From NCBI GenBank assembly GCA_036172245.1, contig JAYWIR010000019.1, positions 1,364,001 to 1,428,000 of the forward strand: a stretch of 64,000 nt of DNA. Reading direction: 5' to 3'. Below the pieces are notes generated by a model. The model saw only the letters and a list, made by a program, of their open reading frames with translations. It was not told the origin of the DNA and searched no databases. This DNA comes from Raillietiella orientalis. Its lineage: Eukaryota. A program made the position numbers and the translations under genes. Below are positions 1 through 12,140 of this stretch, piece after piece (position 1 is the stretch's first letter; every line of letters begins with the position of its first letter).

Positions 1-2609
1 CGATGGATCTGGGAAGCTGGGGCGCATCCTCCAGCATCTCCCCGACAGGAAGTTTTCCTCCAGGGATGTGATGGCGCTGCGGTCAGGGAGGGTAGGATTT
101 TTCCACGCTGCTGCCCCCTTCTCTCGGGATGCAAAAGGAACGCCTCTGTCGCGGAAGGGAACCAGGGTACTCTGGAACTTTACCAGCCGTACGGGTCTGA
201 CCTCCCTCGGAGACAACGAATCCACAAATGTTCCCAGGCAAGTCAGGACGCGAAAATCACCCCCGAGCAGACCAGTTCTCATTCACTTACGAGCAAAAAG
301 CCAGGATTTTCGGCCTTTGCTGTTGATCTGAACGCCGGTCAAAAGACTCGAAGGTCGCCTCGAGTGGGGCTGAAGGGATCAGGCACCTTGTCAGCAGGAG
401 GAGGAGTCTGCATGCCTTACCGTATCGTCGGACCTTGCCGGGAGACCGGCTGCTGTGTGCCGGTACGGCATCAGTTCTGATAGAAGGACAGGCTGCTGAA
501 GTGTGTCGGGCTCAGGGATTCTACCTGACACATCTCCCGTCCAGTGTCCTCGGTTCGGAGGTCACTAGAAAAAATGGAAATTTTCTCATCGTCCCTGAGC
601 GGAAGCGGGAAGTCGGGGAGGCTGGCAGGGGAACCAAGATACTCCTTCGGCTTGGCGAAGAGCTCCCGAAGGGCGCTGACGAAGACCCTCTTCAGCCAGT
701 GCTGCTCCCTTCTCGGGGGCTGTCCCGTTAGGTACACTTTCGCAACCTGTGCCGTTTCTGGAAACGGCATCGATCTCTCGTTCTTCCTCCCACAACTGGA
801 GTATTCTAGGTGCGGGATGGAGCAAGCCGGCATCTACGGCCCCGCCCGGCACCGTGCAGGTGCCAAGCGTCCTATGCGCGTGCTCCACGCTTCGGAGGGC
901 AGCTGGACATCCACGTTCGCATCCGAATGGCGGGACACTAGCTGCCGAGGCAAGGGGAGCCTTTTATTTTCGGCGAAAGGTCCACCTTGGCTGACCTGTC
1001 TCCAGGATGAACGGTTGCAGAGTATGCGTCGAAGGCGCCAGCTCAGCCACAAAAAGATTAGAAAACCCTGTGCTCAGCTCGCCCACTCGTTCGGTGTGCT
1101 TTCTGGCCAAAGGCTACAGGCAGGCTGACGGCAGGGGCCTCGATTAACTACATGGCGCAGTTCTCTTCAGGAGGTGCCTGTCTTCTGTAGGAAGCTGACT
1201 TCACCTACAGGGGATGTGGATCCCTGGTAAAGGCCATCAGGGTCTTCGCATCCTTCGCTGGTCACCTGAAGCACCCTGAAGTCGAGGACCTCTCCGAATG
1301 GAAAGCCACAGTGCTGGTTCGAAGAAAAGTCCAAGCAGTTCGTGGGGTCACCTTTGAGATAGGTCCGTAGGTTCCGGCGTGACCGGGTGTCAATTTTCCA
1401 TCTGCGCCGCACGCGCAGATGGAAATTCCGGCCCTTTCGGGGTTCTCCTTTCTCCCGCTCGTCTCAATGATTCCGGGAACCTGACGGCGTACCCGTGGGG
1501 TCGTTCCCAGGAATCTTCCCCAGCTCCTTCTTCCTCCTGGACCACCTGACATTTTCCCAGCCTGCTGCCTGGGGTGGGAGCGCTGGACTTTACTTTTTAT
1601 TCCCCGAGGTTCCGACAGGAGTGGGGATCTCACCCCTGATGAGCCATTTTCCCTCCCACTCCATCCCAGGGAGGTAAGGGGCAGTCGAGAGGTCGAAACT
1701 AGGAGTGCTGCGCTCTTCCAGCAAGGCTGGCAACACGGTCATCCTTTGCTCTGCCCGAGGCATTCTGCATTCGCATGCGGAGGAGCCACGAAAACGACAG
1801 CAAGGGGAACTCTCGAAGAGTGGTCGCCGTGCGTAGTCCATGCTTTGCCGGGATAATGGTAGCCAACCGACCCGAAGATGTAGAATGAGAGAGGAGAGGC
1901 GAAAGGGTGGACATCCTGTACTCGTTTTTTTCTTTCTTCCCCCTCCCTGATCTCCTATTTAGCTTGCCCCGAAGGAGTCGACAGCGTGTCCACCCTTTTT
2001 TTTTTTCACTCCTGCCTTTTTCTTTCTTCACTCCCCACCCACCTCCTCTTCGCCTGCCCTTTATTCCTTTTTCTTGCTTTTCCCCCGTAGCACCGCCTTC
2101 TGGCAGTGCTGGGCCACCACCTTCTGCCAGAAGTGCGGAGAGCGCGTCGCCCACTTCACTCTGGACCTGATGTGTGGACAAGGTGGCGGCCTAATACATA
2201 GACATGAGAACTGCGCATCAGAGTTCCACCTCCGGATCATCCCTGATCATCATCACCAGGAGCTTCTCGCCTTTCTCGCCCTTCCCCTTGCTGCGGCGAT
2301 GGCATCGGAAATCCTAGGCCGAAGAAGCGCCGGGCAACCCGTTGCAGCTCTCCCACGCAAAACAGTCCGTTTTTTCAGCATCTCTTGCGGGCCAGGCAAC
2401 AGTCCTGCTGTTTTTTCTGTTTTTTTTTTTTTTCCTTCCTGCCTCTGCAAGGCACCTAGCACACGGAAAGTCAAATCCGGCGTGTAGAAAGGGAAATGTG
2501 GGGGGGGGAGAGGGGATGTGCTTCACATTTCCTGATCGGCGGCGAAAATTCAAGGCTCCTCTCCTACCCGTTTGTTGAGGCGGCACGACTCACTATGGTG
2601 CCACCACGA

Positions 2610-2990
2610 GCAGCGCTGGAGGGATTCCAATCCACCAGACCATGATACTCGATGAAGGGTCGTCCCTGACGGAGGGAGGCTCCATTTGCACAACCGGTGG
2701 GGAACACCATGAAGATGGCTTCCTGATTCCTGGAAGGACCCTGAGGGTCGACTTCGAACCCCGGCCGGTCAGCGGGGTCATCCAAAGGTTTCTGGCTTCC
2801 ACCATTGCCGCGTTCGAAGGCAACCGAGGCCAACCGACGTCATCCTGACGGAGGGGGGGAATGAATGGGGGACGAATCGAAATCCACGACGCACCGCTCT
2901 TCCTCAGCGTGGACTCTTACCTGGGCGGGATTCGAACCCGCTACGCTTGGCAGCACACTCGGGAACCACGACCGGCAGCTGCGGCGCCTC
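2610..2990 (-). mobile_element. tRNA-derived SINE-like element, copy A
   Basis: The minus strand reads ...tgccaagcgtagcgggttcgaatcccgcccagg (B-box), then a body that aligns with copy B (caggatgac..ggttg..ctcggttgccttcga, ttcgaagt.gacc, ggtccttcc.ggaat, ccggttgtg, tccagcgc). Confidence 0.7.
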
Positions 2991-3047
2991 GGGTGCGCGT
3001 CATCGGGACGATGTCTCAGTTCAAGTCGTTCCCAACTACTTTATTGG

Positions 3048-3410
3048 AGCTGCCCGCCTTGGAGGCCGTGTGCCTGCGGTTCCCTCGCGTGGTGCCAAGG
3101 TTTACGGGTTCGAATCCCACGTGGGGAAGAGTCGGCGCCGAGAAACGGGAGTGAATTGTAGATTTCGAGTCCCCCCACCCTCTTCCCGACAGGATGACAC
3201 TGGTTGGTCTCGGTTGCCTTCGAGTGCGGCACTGGTAGAAGCGGGATACCCCGTCGACTGGGCAGGATTCGAAGTTGACCCATCGAGGTCCTTCCGGGAA
3301 TTAAAGACTCCTTCAGGGTTCCCTTCCGGTTGTGAGAATGAAGTCGTACCATCACGTGTTACGGATTTAGGCTTGATACACCACTCGGGGGGACTGTCTC
3401 TCCAGCGCGT
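3048..3410 (+). mobile_element. tRNA-derived SINE-like element, copy B
   Basis: Head gcccgccttggaggccgtgtgcctgcgg...gtggtgccaaggtttacgggttcgaatcccac has an A-box-like segment and a B-box. The ~270 bp body is shared with copies A and E. Confidence 0.7.
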
Positions 3411-4813
3411 GAAGAAACGCGCTGCTCCCCTCGGGGAGCGACCCTGCAAGGAAATTGGAAAGAGTTCTTTCGGGGCTCCCTTCAGAGGAGCAATCAAGGA
3501 GCAGATCCTTTCCAGGTACTCACTTGAGAAGAAATAATAAAACGATCCCTTCCGGGGGGTCCCTCCGGACAGAATAAGAAAAGGAGTTCGTTCCCCTTGA
3601 GCTTCCTTTGGAGGCTATGAAGGATGAAGCTGCCTGCAACTCGGCATCCACGCCCGCTGCTCACTGCGGAAGATCCCGGAGTGCCCCAGCATGAGCACGT
3701 GGGAGGAGCGGACCCGCTCGCGGCAACGATGCCCTTCCCGAGGAGGGCACTTGGCGGCAGCCAAACTCCGAGGTGGAAAGTCTCCTGAGAGAACGCAGAC
3801 AAAGGGAAGCTGAAGAGTGGATAGACTGTGGGGCAGCTGGCAGATGCTGCGACCCCGAGTGCCCTTCCACGAGAACTACAGCTGTGGAACGAGCTGCTCG
3901 GGATTCTTAGAGAAGACCTGGAGTGGTCCCTGGTGTCCAAGAACAGCAGCGCCCTCCCTTTGAAGTGGCGGGAGTCGGCACTTCTGCTGTTGCACTGGGA
4001 TCTTTGCTGCTGCGCGCGCCGATTACCGCTGGACGCTGGGGAGGGTGGGTCCGGACTGTCGCACGTGCGGGGCGGAACGGGAATCCCTCCCGCACCTGCT
4101 CGCGGATCGTGTTGCCCCCCGGCCCCTATGGGAACGTTTTGCAACGACCCACACTACGGATCCCGATTGGTATTAGGTACCCCCTTCCAAGGGACGTTTT
4201 ACGGCTCCTCTCCGTGCGGGATGCCTTGCAGCCAGCCGCAGCCCCAGCAGCGCTTTGCTGCATCCGCCAGATTGCGAAGGCCTGGAGCCAAGCCTGCAGA
4301 GAAAGAAACGGGAGGGACGCCGTCCATTCCGCAGTTCGCTTTCCGCGGATAGCGGCCAGATGGCCTGGTCTACCTGGAACCTATTCGGATGGACCTAGCT
4401 GACATCCTAGAATAGCTGCAGAGGACTGACTCCAGTGGACAGTGGTCTCTTTTCGACGCATCCCAAGACTTTTGTTTCTTTTTATTTTCTCCCGTCCCCC
4501 TCCGCAATCGAGGAAAACCCCTTCGGTCGGCGTACGGCGACCCGGTAGGTTCGTGGACAGACGGGTTGCGGTAGGACCACGCGTCCTACCACAATATAGG
4601 AGTTCATTTTCAATTTTAGTGAACGCTCTCCGGCGTGTCCGGCTGGAAATCGGAGACGACCAGGGAGAGGGTTCCCTTCGGAGTTTCCCTACCGAGCGTA
4701 AGAGGAACAGACTCTTTCCTTCAGAGCTCGTCCTGGATGTTTAGGGTGGTTCCTACGAGGTTACCCCTTATAACTTGAATAGTTGCGGACACCCCAGGGT
4801 GAAGTGGGCAGTG
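3259..4813 (+). repeat. Left arm of ~1.55 kb inverted duplication
   Basis: Reverse complement of 6248-7802; mirrored positions sum to 11061 (e.g. ORFs 3494-4144(-)/6917-7567(+) and 4442-4744(+)/6317-6619(-)). I saw only about 3 substitutions by eye. Confidence 0.97.
3828..4400 (+). mobile_element. Decayed 3' end of non-LTR retrotransposon ORF2 (L1/Tx1-like zf-RVT region)
   Basis: LQLWNELLGILREDLEWSLVSKNSSALPLKWRESALLLLHWDL is followed after a frameshift by CRTCGAERESLPHLLADR (4057-4110). This fits the C-x2-C-x4-ES-x2-H-x4-C knuckle with the last Cys codon as CGT. Confidence 0.7.
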
Positions 4814-6247
4814 GTGAAGAGCTTCGTGTGCCCCTAGGCGGACGGTTCTTCAGTACTTAGAGAACAGAAGAAAAAAAAAACGAAACGAAAAAAAAAGAAG
4901 GCCGGAAGGCGGAAACAGAAGAGTACAGAGAGTATCGTTGAAGACAGAAACGAGAACGCCGGGAGGCAGGAAGAACCAGCAGCTCAGATCGAGGCGCGAG
5001 GAATGTTGATCTGGGGGGACTCTCCTGGAGTCGACTCGTTCCCGGATGACATTCATTCGATCCAGAGCTCTAGGGAAGCCGAAAAGTAACGACGGCAGGC
5101 GTTGTCTGCCCGCATGAAAACCCTGCCGAAGTTACTAGAGAGGAAACGAGGCTCATGGGCGGATGAGGAAGGTCTCCTCCCCATCAGTCTGGCACCGAAG
5201 AGTGCCAGTGTCTGTGAAAAAGAACGCCGCGAGATCACTGCAACAGATGGAATGCCAGGCTTTCTTAAGGGATCAAAGATCCCCAGACGACAAGGAATAG
5301 CACTTAAGGGAAGAAATGGGGGTGCTCTGTCATATGTCACGACTGAAGGCAATCCGCCGCAGGCCGGCATGAAGGAAACTCCTTGAGAGGCCTCAGCCAC
5401 TGGAAGAGGTCATGATGAAGAGAGCAGCCTGACGAATGATTCGCCTCCACTGATTGCATTCCTCTTGGAGCGAACACAAGCAAAAATCAATCCTGGAGAG
5501 CAGCATCCACGAAAGCGCGCGCGCGCGCACTAATCACAGGGATGGACCGTTGCTGGGATTCCCTCGTGAACAGATGTAACCTTGACACCTTGAAAGAGGC
5601 TCAGTGAGTACCCAATGGGTACTCAGTGGCATCGGACCTTGCGAGATCTCTGGCATGCAGAGAACTCCCCTTCCGATGGACCTGACGACATGGTGCGACC
5701 ATGGGATTGCAAAGGAAAAGTGGACAGAGGCTCTCACGTGGACCCCACCGCTTGGCTCGCTTTCGTCCATCGATGTTCCCTCTTTGCTGGATCCAAAAGG
5801 GAGCTGCCGCATGCAGACGAGCTCCCCCTTCCTTCCTTGGATGTTTCTCGACTGCTTCAGTGGAGAGCCGGTGCAGGCAAAACGTCGTGCGGAGCGCAAT
5901 CGACAGCCTAGTGACCCACCCACACCGAGACGGTGGATGATCTGGAGCCGTCTCATCCGGATGCTCAGATTTCGAGACTCCTGCAGCATTCTTCTTCTGA
6001 TGGATCGCAAGGACTAGCAGCCACGCGAAAGAGCTTATCTCACTGTCCCGGGAAAACACCTGCAGGGTTCTCCCCAAAACGACTGCAGCAAGTTTTCACA
6101 TGTGTTGCTATCCTTGAGTGTTCCTCTCGGGACTTTAGGGACATCGAGCAGCTATTCATCAGCGAGTTGAAAGATCGGCAGTTCAGTTCGCCAAGTGCTG
6201 ATAAGTCTTTCGCCTCCTCAGGGAGGGGGATTCACAAAACTCTTCCA

Positions 6248-7802
6248 CACTGCCCACTTCACCCTGGGGTGTCCGCAACTATTCAAGTTATAAGGGGTAA
6301 CCTCGTAGGAACCACCCTAAACATCCAGGACGAGCTCTGAAGGAAAGAGTCTGTTCCTCTTACGCTCGGTAGGGAAACTCCGAAGGGAACCCTCTCCCTG
6401 GTCGTCTCCGATTTCCAGCCGGACACGCCGGAGGGCGTTCACTAAAATTGAAAATGAACTCCTATATTGTGGTAGGACGCGTGGTCCTACCGCAACCCGT
6501 CTGTCCACGAACCTACCGGGTCGCCGTACGCCGACCGAAGGGGTTTTCCTCGATTGCGGAGGGGGACGGGAGAAAATAAAAAGAAACAAAAGTCTTGGGA
6601 TGCGTCGAAAAGAGACCACTGTCCACTGGAGTCAGTCCTCTGCAGCTATTCTAGGATGTCAGCTAGGTCCATCCGAATAGGTTCCAGGTAGACCAAGCCA
6701 TCTGGCCGCTATCCGCGGAAAGCGAACTGCGGAATGGACGGCGTCCCTCCCGTTTCTTTCTCTGCAGGCTTGGCTCCAGGCCTTCGCAATCTGGCGGATG
6801 CAGCAAAGCGCTGCTGGGGCTGCGGCTGGCTGCAAGGCATCCCGCACGGAGAGGAGCCGTAAAACGTCCCTTGGAAGGGGGTACCTAATACCAATCGGGA
6901 TCCGTAGTGTGGGTCGTTGCAAAACGTTCCCATAGGGGCCGGGGGGCAACACGATCCGCGAGCAGGTGCGGGAGGGATTCCCGTTCCGCCCCGCACGTGC
7001 GACAGTCCGGACCCACCCTCCCCAGCGTCCAGCGGTAATCGGCGCGCGCAGCAGCAAAGATCCCAGTGCAACAGCAGAAGTGCCGACTCCCGCCACTTCA
7101 AAGGGAGGGCGCTGCTGTTCTTGGACACCAGGGACCACTCCAGGTCTTCTCTAAGAATCCCGAGCAGCTCGTTCCACAGCTGTAGTTCTCGTGGAAGGGC
7201 ACTCGGGGTCGCAGCATCTGCCAGCTGCCCCACAGTCTATCCACTCTTCAGCTTCCCTTTGTCTGCGTTCTCTCAGGAGACTTTCCACCTCGGAGTTTGG
7301 CTGCCGCCAAGTGCCCTCCTCGGGAAGGGCATCGTTGCCGCGAGCGGGTCCGCTCCTCCCACGTGCTCATGCTGGGGCACTCCGGGATCTTCCGCAGTGA
7401 GCAGCGGGCGTGGATGCCGAGTTGCAGGCAGCTTCATCCTTCATAGCCTCCAAAGGAAGCTCAAGGGGAACGAACTCCTTTTCTTATTCTGTCCGGAGGG
7501 ACCCCCCGGAAGGGATCGTTTTATTATTTCTTCTCAAGTGAGTACCTGGAAAGGATCTGCTCCTTGATTGCTCCTCTGAAGGGAGCCCCGAAAGAACTCT
7601 TTCCAATTTCCTTGCAGGGTCGCTCCCCGAGGGGAGCAGCGCGTTTCTTCACGCGCTGGAGAGACAGTCCCCCCGAGTGGTGTATCAAGCCTAAATCCGT
7701 AACACGTGATGGTACGACTTCATTCTCACAACCGGAAGGGAACCCTGAAGGAGTCTTTAATTCCCGGAAGGACCTCGATGGGTCAACTTCGATTCCTGCC
7801 CA
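6248..7802 (-). repeat. Right arm of ~1.55 kb inverted duplication
   Basis: Reverse complement of 3259-4813, separated from it by a unique spacer at 4814-6247. Confidence 0.97.
6661..7233 (-). mobile_element. Duplicated copy of the decayed L1/Tx1-like ORF2 3' end
   Basis: Mirror image of 3828-4400 inside the right arm; knuckle at 6951-7004. Confidence 0.7.
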
Positions 7803-7905
7803 CCACTCTTCCTCGACGTGAACTCCCCCGGGAGGGGTTCGAACCTGCTACGCCTGGCAGTAAGCACGGAGACCGAAGCCACGCGGCCGCCAAAGCGGGG
7901 CACTT
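7653..7905 (-). mobile_element. tRNA-derived SINE-like element, copy C (chimeric: own head plus duplicated copy-B body)
   Basis: The head at 7803-7905 reads gccccgctttggcggccgcgtggcttcggtctccgtgcttactgccaggcgtagcaggttcgaacccc on the minus strand. It joins directly to the duplicated arm. Confidence 0.65.
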
Positions 7906-10900
7906 CGGGTGTCATATCAGACGTCGTGTGACTTCTGGATTCCCGGAAGTTCATACGGAAGCTCTTTTTTTGTTTCGGAAACGGTTACGTATGTTTTCGA
8001 AAGTTTTCGACCACGAACTCCGTCACTGTCAGCTGGTCTGGTCGCGTATTGGTCATGTAGTCTCGCGTTCCTCGAGCTGCCAGAACCCCTCTTCCCCCTT
8101 TTGCCCCAGATCCTTCTTTCTCCGAAAGAGAGATCTTGGATGACGCCTGCTCCACGGAACCCGCAAGCGACGAAAGCCTCACGAGGCACAGGCAACTCCG
8201 GCACTCGTTCGGAAAGGATGAGGCGAAACGAGAGGGAAGATCATTCTACAGCCGGGATCGCGGTGCAGAGCCAAGGTGCATGGAAGCACACGGGACTCCA
8301 CCTGTTTTCGCTCCCAAGAAGCAAGCCACATAGGACTGGCACGAAATGGAAAAATTTTCGCTTCGTCCAGAATGGTGATGTCACAAAAAAAGATTCCTTC
8401 CTCGTCGCCACTTTCAGGACCCACCAGCAGGAAGCTCGGAAAGGCGCGACAGCTCCGAGAGATAATTTCAAGGGTGCAGATCTTGCTGTTCTCATCTGCC
8501 GCCAAGGATTCTTGGCAACGTTAGCATGCAGTTTTCTCTGTGGCGCACTCAAACACTGTGTTTGTCACTTCTTCGCAACCCCGTCCGTCTCCTTCATACC
8601 TCGCCTCGGGTCTCCTTTGCTCCATACCCCGCCGTCTCACATCCCACGGGGCAGTGGGTTCCCACTGTGCGAAGAGGCGAAGAGTCTTCCATCCGCGCCT
8701 TCGATTTCTGAATAAGGAGCGCTAACATTCTCGCCTTCCCTCGCTGCGAACAGGACTCCATCACGGACCGGGCTGTCGCTATGGCGCTGATGCAACAGAC
8801 GACTGCGGTCGCAGAACCCAGCCTGCCTTGCGTGAAGAAGCTCCGCGGTCGCTGCGGACTCCTTGGAAGACTAACCGAACCGGCCAGCGACTGCGGTTCG
8901 CCCCGAAGTTTCCCTCGGAGCAACTGGCGCCCGTCCAAGCGGAAGGAGCAGCAGCGACCTAGCCGGTGCGCCTCCTACTCAATGATCTCGATCTGCCCTC
9001 GAACCTCCAACGCGTGGAAAGCCTGATTTGACGGAACGCCGAGGCGATCTCAGAGCCGGCGGATGGGTGGAAGGAGCATCTTCTTGGAGGCAGAACCGGC
9101 GCTGCGGAACGATTAAAGCGTCGGGTCACTGAGCGCGACACGAAGCGGATCCCACGGAAGGTGCCGGTCGCCATGGACGGCAGAACGATGACAACCGAAA
9201 AAGCGAGAACCCACAAGAGAGTGTAGGCGCCGGCTCGTCTGCCAGAGCAACTGACGCTGGGGCGAGGGACGCGCAGGCCTCGAGTACGAACTCGGCCTCC
9301 GGGACAGAGCCGTCATCGCCCTCAGGAGTTCCGCCGTTACAGGACGAAGAGTCTCCCAGGCGTGTCGGCGGGCGCAAGAGACTTTGGGCGCGAGTCTGTC
9401 TGAAGCCACTGCCACCGGCGGACATCTCGGTGATGGCAGCAAACGCTCCAACGAACAGCACCGGACGTCTATGCGAGTAGCCCTCGGGCGCAGTTCGGCC
9501 GACTCCGAGTCCCCGGACGAATGCGAGCTGCTGATCCTCGAACCAGCTGATGCCGGGAGGCGAATCGCCCAGACCAGGCGCTCGGGAACGCGAGTCCGGG
9601 GTCGGTCAGGACGCTGCCTGCCCACGCGGGAGGCGGTCGGCGGCCTCGAAAGAGGCGAGGCGAAGAAAAGAGGCGGAGCGCGGGGAGCCGTTCACTCCTC
9701 GTTGCGACGGGGAGGCGTGAAGAGCCGGTGCACTCCTGGGACGGCGACGAAGGAGGGCAGAGAGTCCGGGAACCACAGTCAGCCACGCTCACGGGCAGGA
9801 AGGAGGCGCACTGGGGAGGGAGGTCGTAGCCCCGGGCGACGACGCGCGTGCTGTGCCCGGACGCCGCACGGCGACACAGCAGCAGGCGATGGAAAACGGG
9901 TTGTGCCGCCGGCACGCAGGATGCGCTCGGGGCCTCAAAGTGACCCTCGGAGTCGCAGGGAAACTGCCCCGTCCAGTAAGCTCCGCGCGTGCGTAGGGCT
10001 TGCGCCGGAAGAGCGCTGTCAACGACTCCTTTAAAAAGAGGCGCGGTGACCCGAGAGCCTCTTGCTGTCCGTTCTCTGCACGGAAGGGACGGCGGGCCTC
10101 GTCACCAAGGGCAGCGTGCCTGAAAAGCATGAGGTCGGCCTCTTCTCTGCTGCATCCGACGAGGTAGTCCCGAGGACGTTTGTGGGCAGACGGAGCTGTG
10201 GGCCGGAACTGAGGACCAAATCCGGGCATTTCGATTCTCCCTCTGTGGAAATCACGGAAGTCACCTCTTTAGCATCCGAGGGGTTCAGGGCACTGAACGA
10301 TTTCTTGTTCATCTCCGCGGCAGAATCAGTGGAATCCGACGTGTCATCAGAGGAAGGTCATGGGTCGCAATTCCTGGGTCAGAAGACGGGATGAGCAGCT
10401 GTGCGCGGATCTTCCAGGGAGGTGGTCGGATGGAGGAAGCTGCGGAGGATCATCCTCAGGAGATGCGTTCCGCGAACCGAGGAACTCTGACCACCAGAGG
10501 GCAGTTTTGCAGTCTCGTTGCCAGCCTCAGAGGGAGCAGGGACGAAGGTGCCGCCGGGGATGGGCATCGTCGGAAACAGCCTGGGGGGAACCCGTTGGCC
10601 GGGGGGGGAAGGAAGGCGCCTGCCTCTCCAGACGGATGATTCGGTCCTCTTTTTCTTTTCTATGTCTTCTGGGGACGGGCTGACGAAACAATCGGATCCT
10701 TCCCTTGTTTCCCACTTCCCGTGGCTGCGTCAGCTCAACTGCTGCTTCCTGATTGGCTGAAAAGGAACAGGGATGCGCAGCCGCACCCGGGGTCCGAAAA
10801 TGGTCCCGACTCGTCGCCGCCGTCCTTCGCTCCCCCGCTGGGAAGAAGCTGACAAGGCGTGCCCGTCCGGCTTCAGGGGCGAAGGGGAGGCCCTCAGGAG

Positions 10901-11788
10901 GAGAGCAGCAGCGAGGCTGAGCGCGTCGGAAATGGAACCCTCACTCGAGCCGGCGGCTTCACGATGACCTCTGCCCCCTTCCTCTTCCCATTCATTCCTA
11001 GGAGTTCAGTCAATCGGGAAAAAAAAATCGTTCCGCACCCGGGGTGCTCGCAGACTTTGATCGTCCGGCAGCTCTGGGGCGGTCGCCCTGCGAACGCTCC
11101 AGAGGAGGCAGGCATCTTCCAAAAATCGAGCTCCCCCCTCCCACTGCCGAACGCCATGGATGGGAACTCTTGCAAGAAGGGGAGGAGGAAAGGCGGAAAT
11201 GATAGACCTCCGGAAGGAGGATTCCCTCGTCTCCCGAGTGTCTTGACCACCAGGTTCCTCATCAGCTGGTCCCTCTTCTTGCTCGCTGTGGTCGAAGCAC
11301 TCGGGGGAAAGCCCCAAAACGGGAGGGTGGGCGGCATTCGGAGCGACCTTCTCCGTCCTCAAGGAAGCATTCGACGTCCCCTCACAGGCACTGCAGCTGC
11401 GGGTCCTCGCTGTTCTTGAAAGTCCGCACACGCCGCCGAAGACGAACTGAGCCACAGAAACCCGTCTTTCCACGCATTACATGATTGCGTGCAAATAGTC
11501 ACCTGAAACCTGCATTCTGCATACGCGAACGAGAACTGATTCAAAAAACATATACGTGTACATATGTTCAGATGTTCCTGGTGGAAAAACGTGGTGGAAA
11601 GGGAGCAGCAACGGGGAGAAAAGTAAAAGTCATAGGCGCTTTCGTTTGGCTGCCGCGTCTGAGTAGCCCGATGGGGTGCGCCCCTAGGCGATGCCCAGGC
11701 GATGTCCTCTGTCGTCTTGAAGTCATCCATCGGTGATTGAACAGTTGTCGCCCAGTCCTGTGTCTCTGTTATCATATATGTACATATA

Positions 11789-12140
11789 CAGTGGTACCTC
11801 GGAACTCGTCAAACCCAGTCCTCCTCTCATTCTGAGGAGGAAAAAAAAGTTTCTACACTCGGCGCATGTTCGGAGGTCAACACCCGTCTCGTGATGAAAC
11901 AAGGGAATGCTTTCGTCTAGTGGTAAGTTCGTGAACAGTGCCGAACACTTCCATAGAGTGCCTCCTAAATCGTTCCTTTTTGTCTGCTTCCTGTGCATTT
12001 TAAGCATTAATCATGGATCCTAAAACGGTTAAAAATGGTACCACGAAGCTGTCTAGGATGGAGCTTGTTCAGTACTCGTGGGTTTCGGTACTTGTCACAA
12101 GTTCCGAAACGGATTACCGACGAGTACCGAGGTACCACTG
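11789..12140. mobile_element. Non-autonomous pogo/Tigger-type (Tc1/mariner superfamily) MITE, 352 bp
   Basis: 22 bp terminal inverted repeats CAGTGGTACCTCGG(A/T)ACTCGTC with one mismatch, flanked by TA at 11787-11788 and 12141-12142. No transposase ORF inside. Confidence 0.9.

Noticed and set aside
1..1900. Minus-strand LINE ORF1 plus endonuclease
   Set aside because: Hints only (KVYLTGQPP, LLGGDF), too few and too disrupted to call.
2900..3130. Functional tRNA genes
   Set aside because: B-boxes are present but I could not form acceptor and anticodon stems; the copies are diverged and continue into a shared body.
3259..7802. Long-TIR transposon (Foldback/MULE/Polinton) or invertible cassette
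   Set aside because: No target-site duplication, no transposase or recombinase in the spacer, and the outer end cuts through a SINE.
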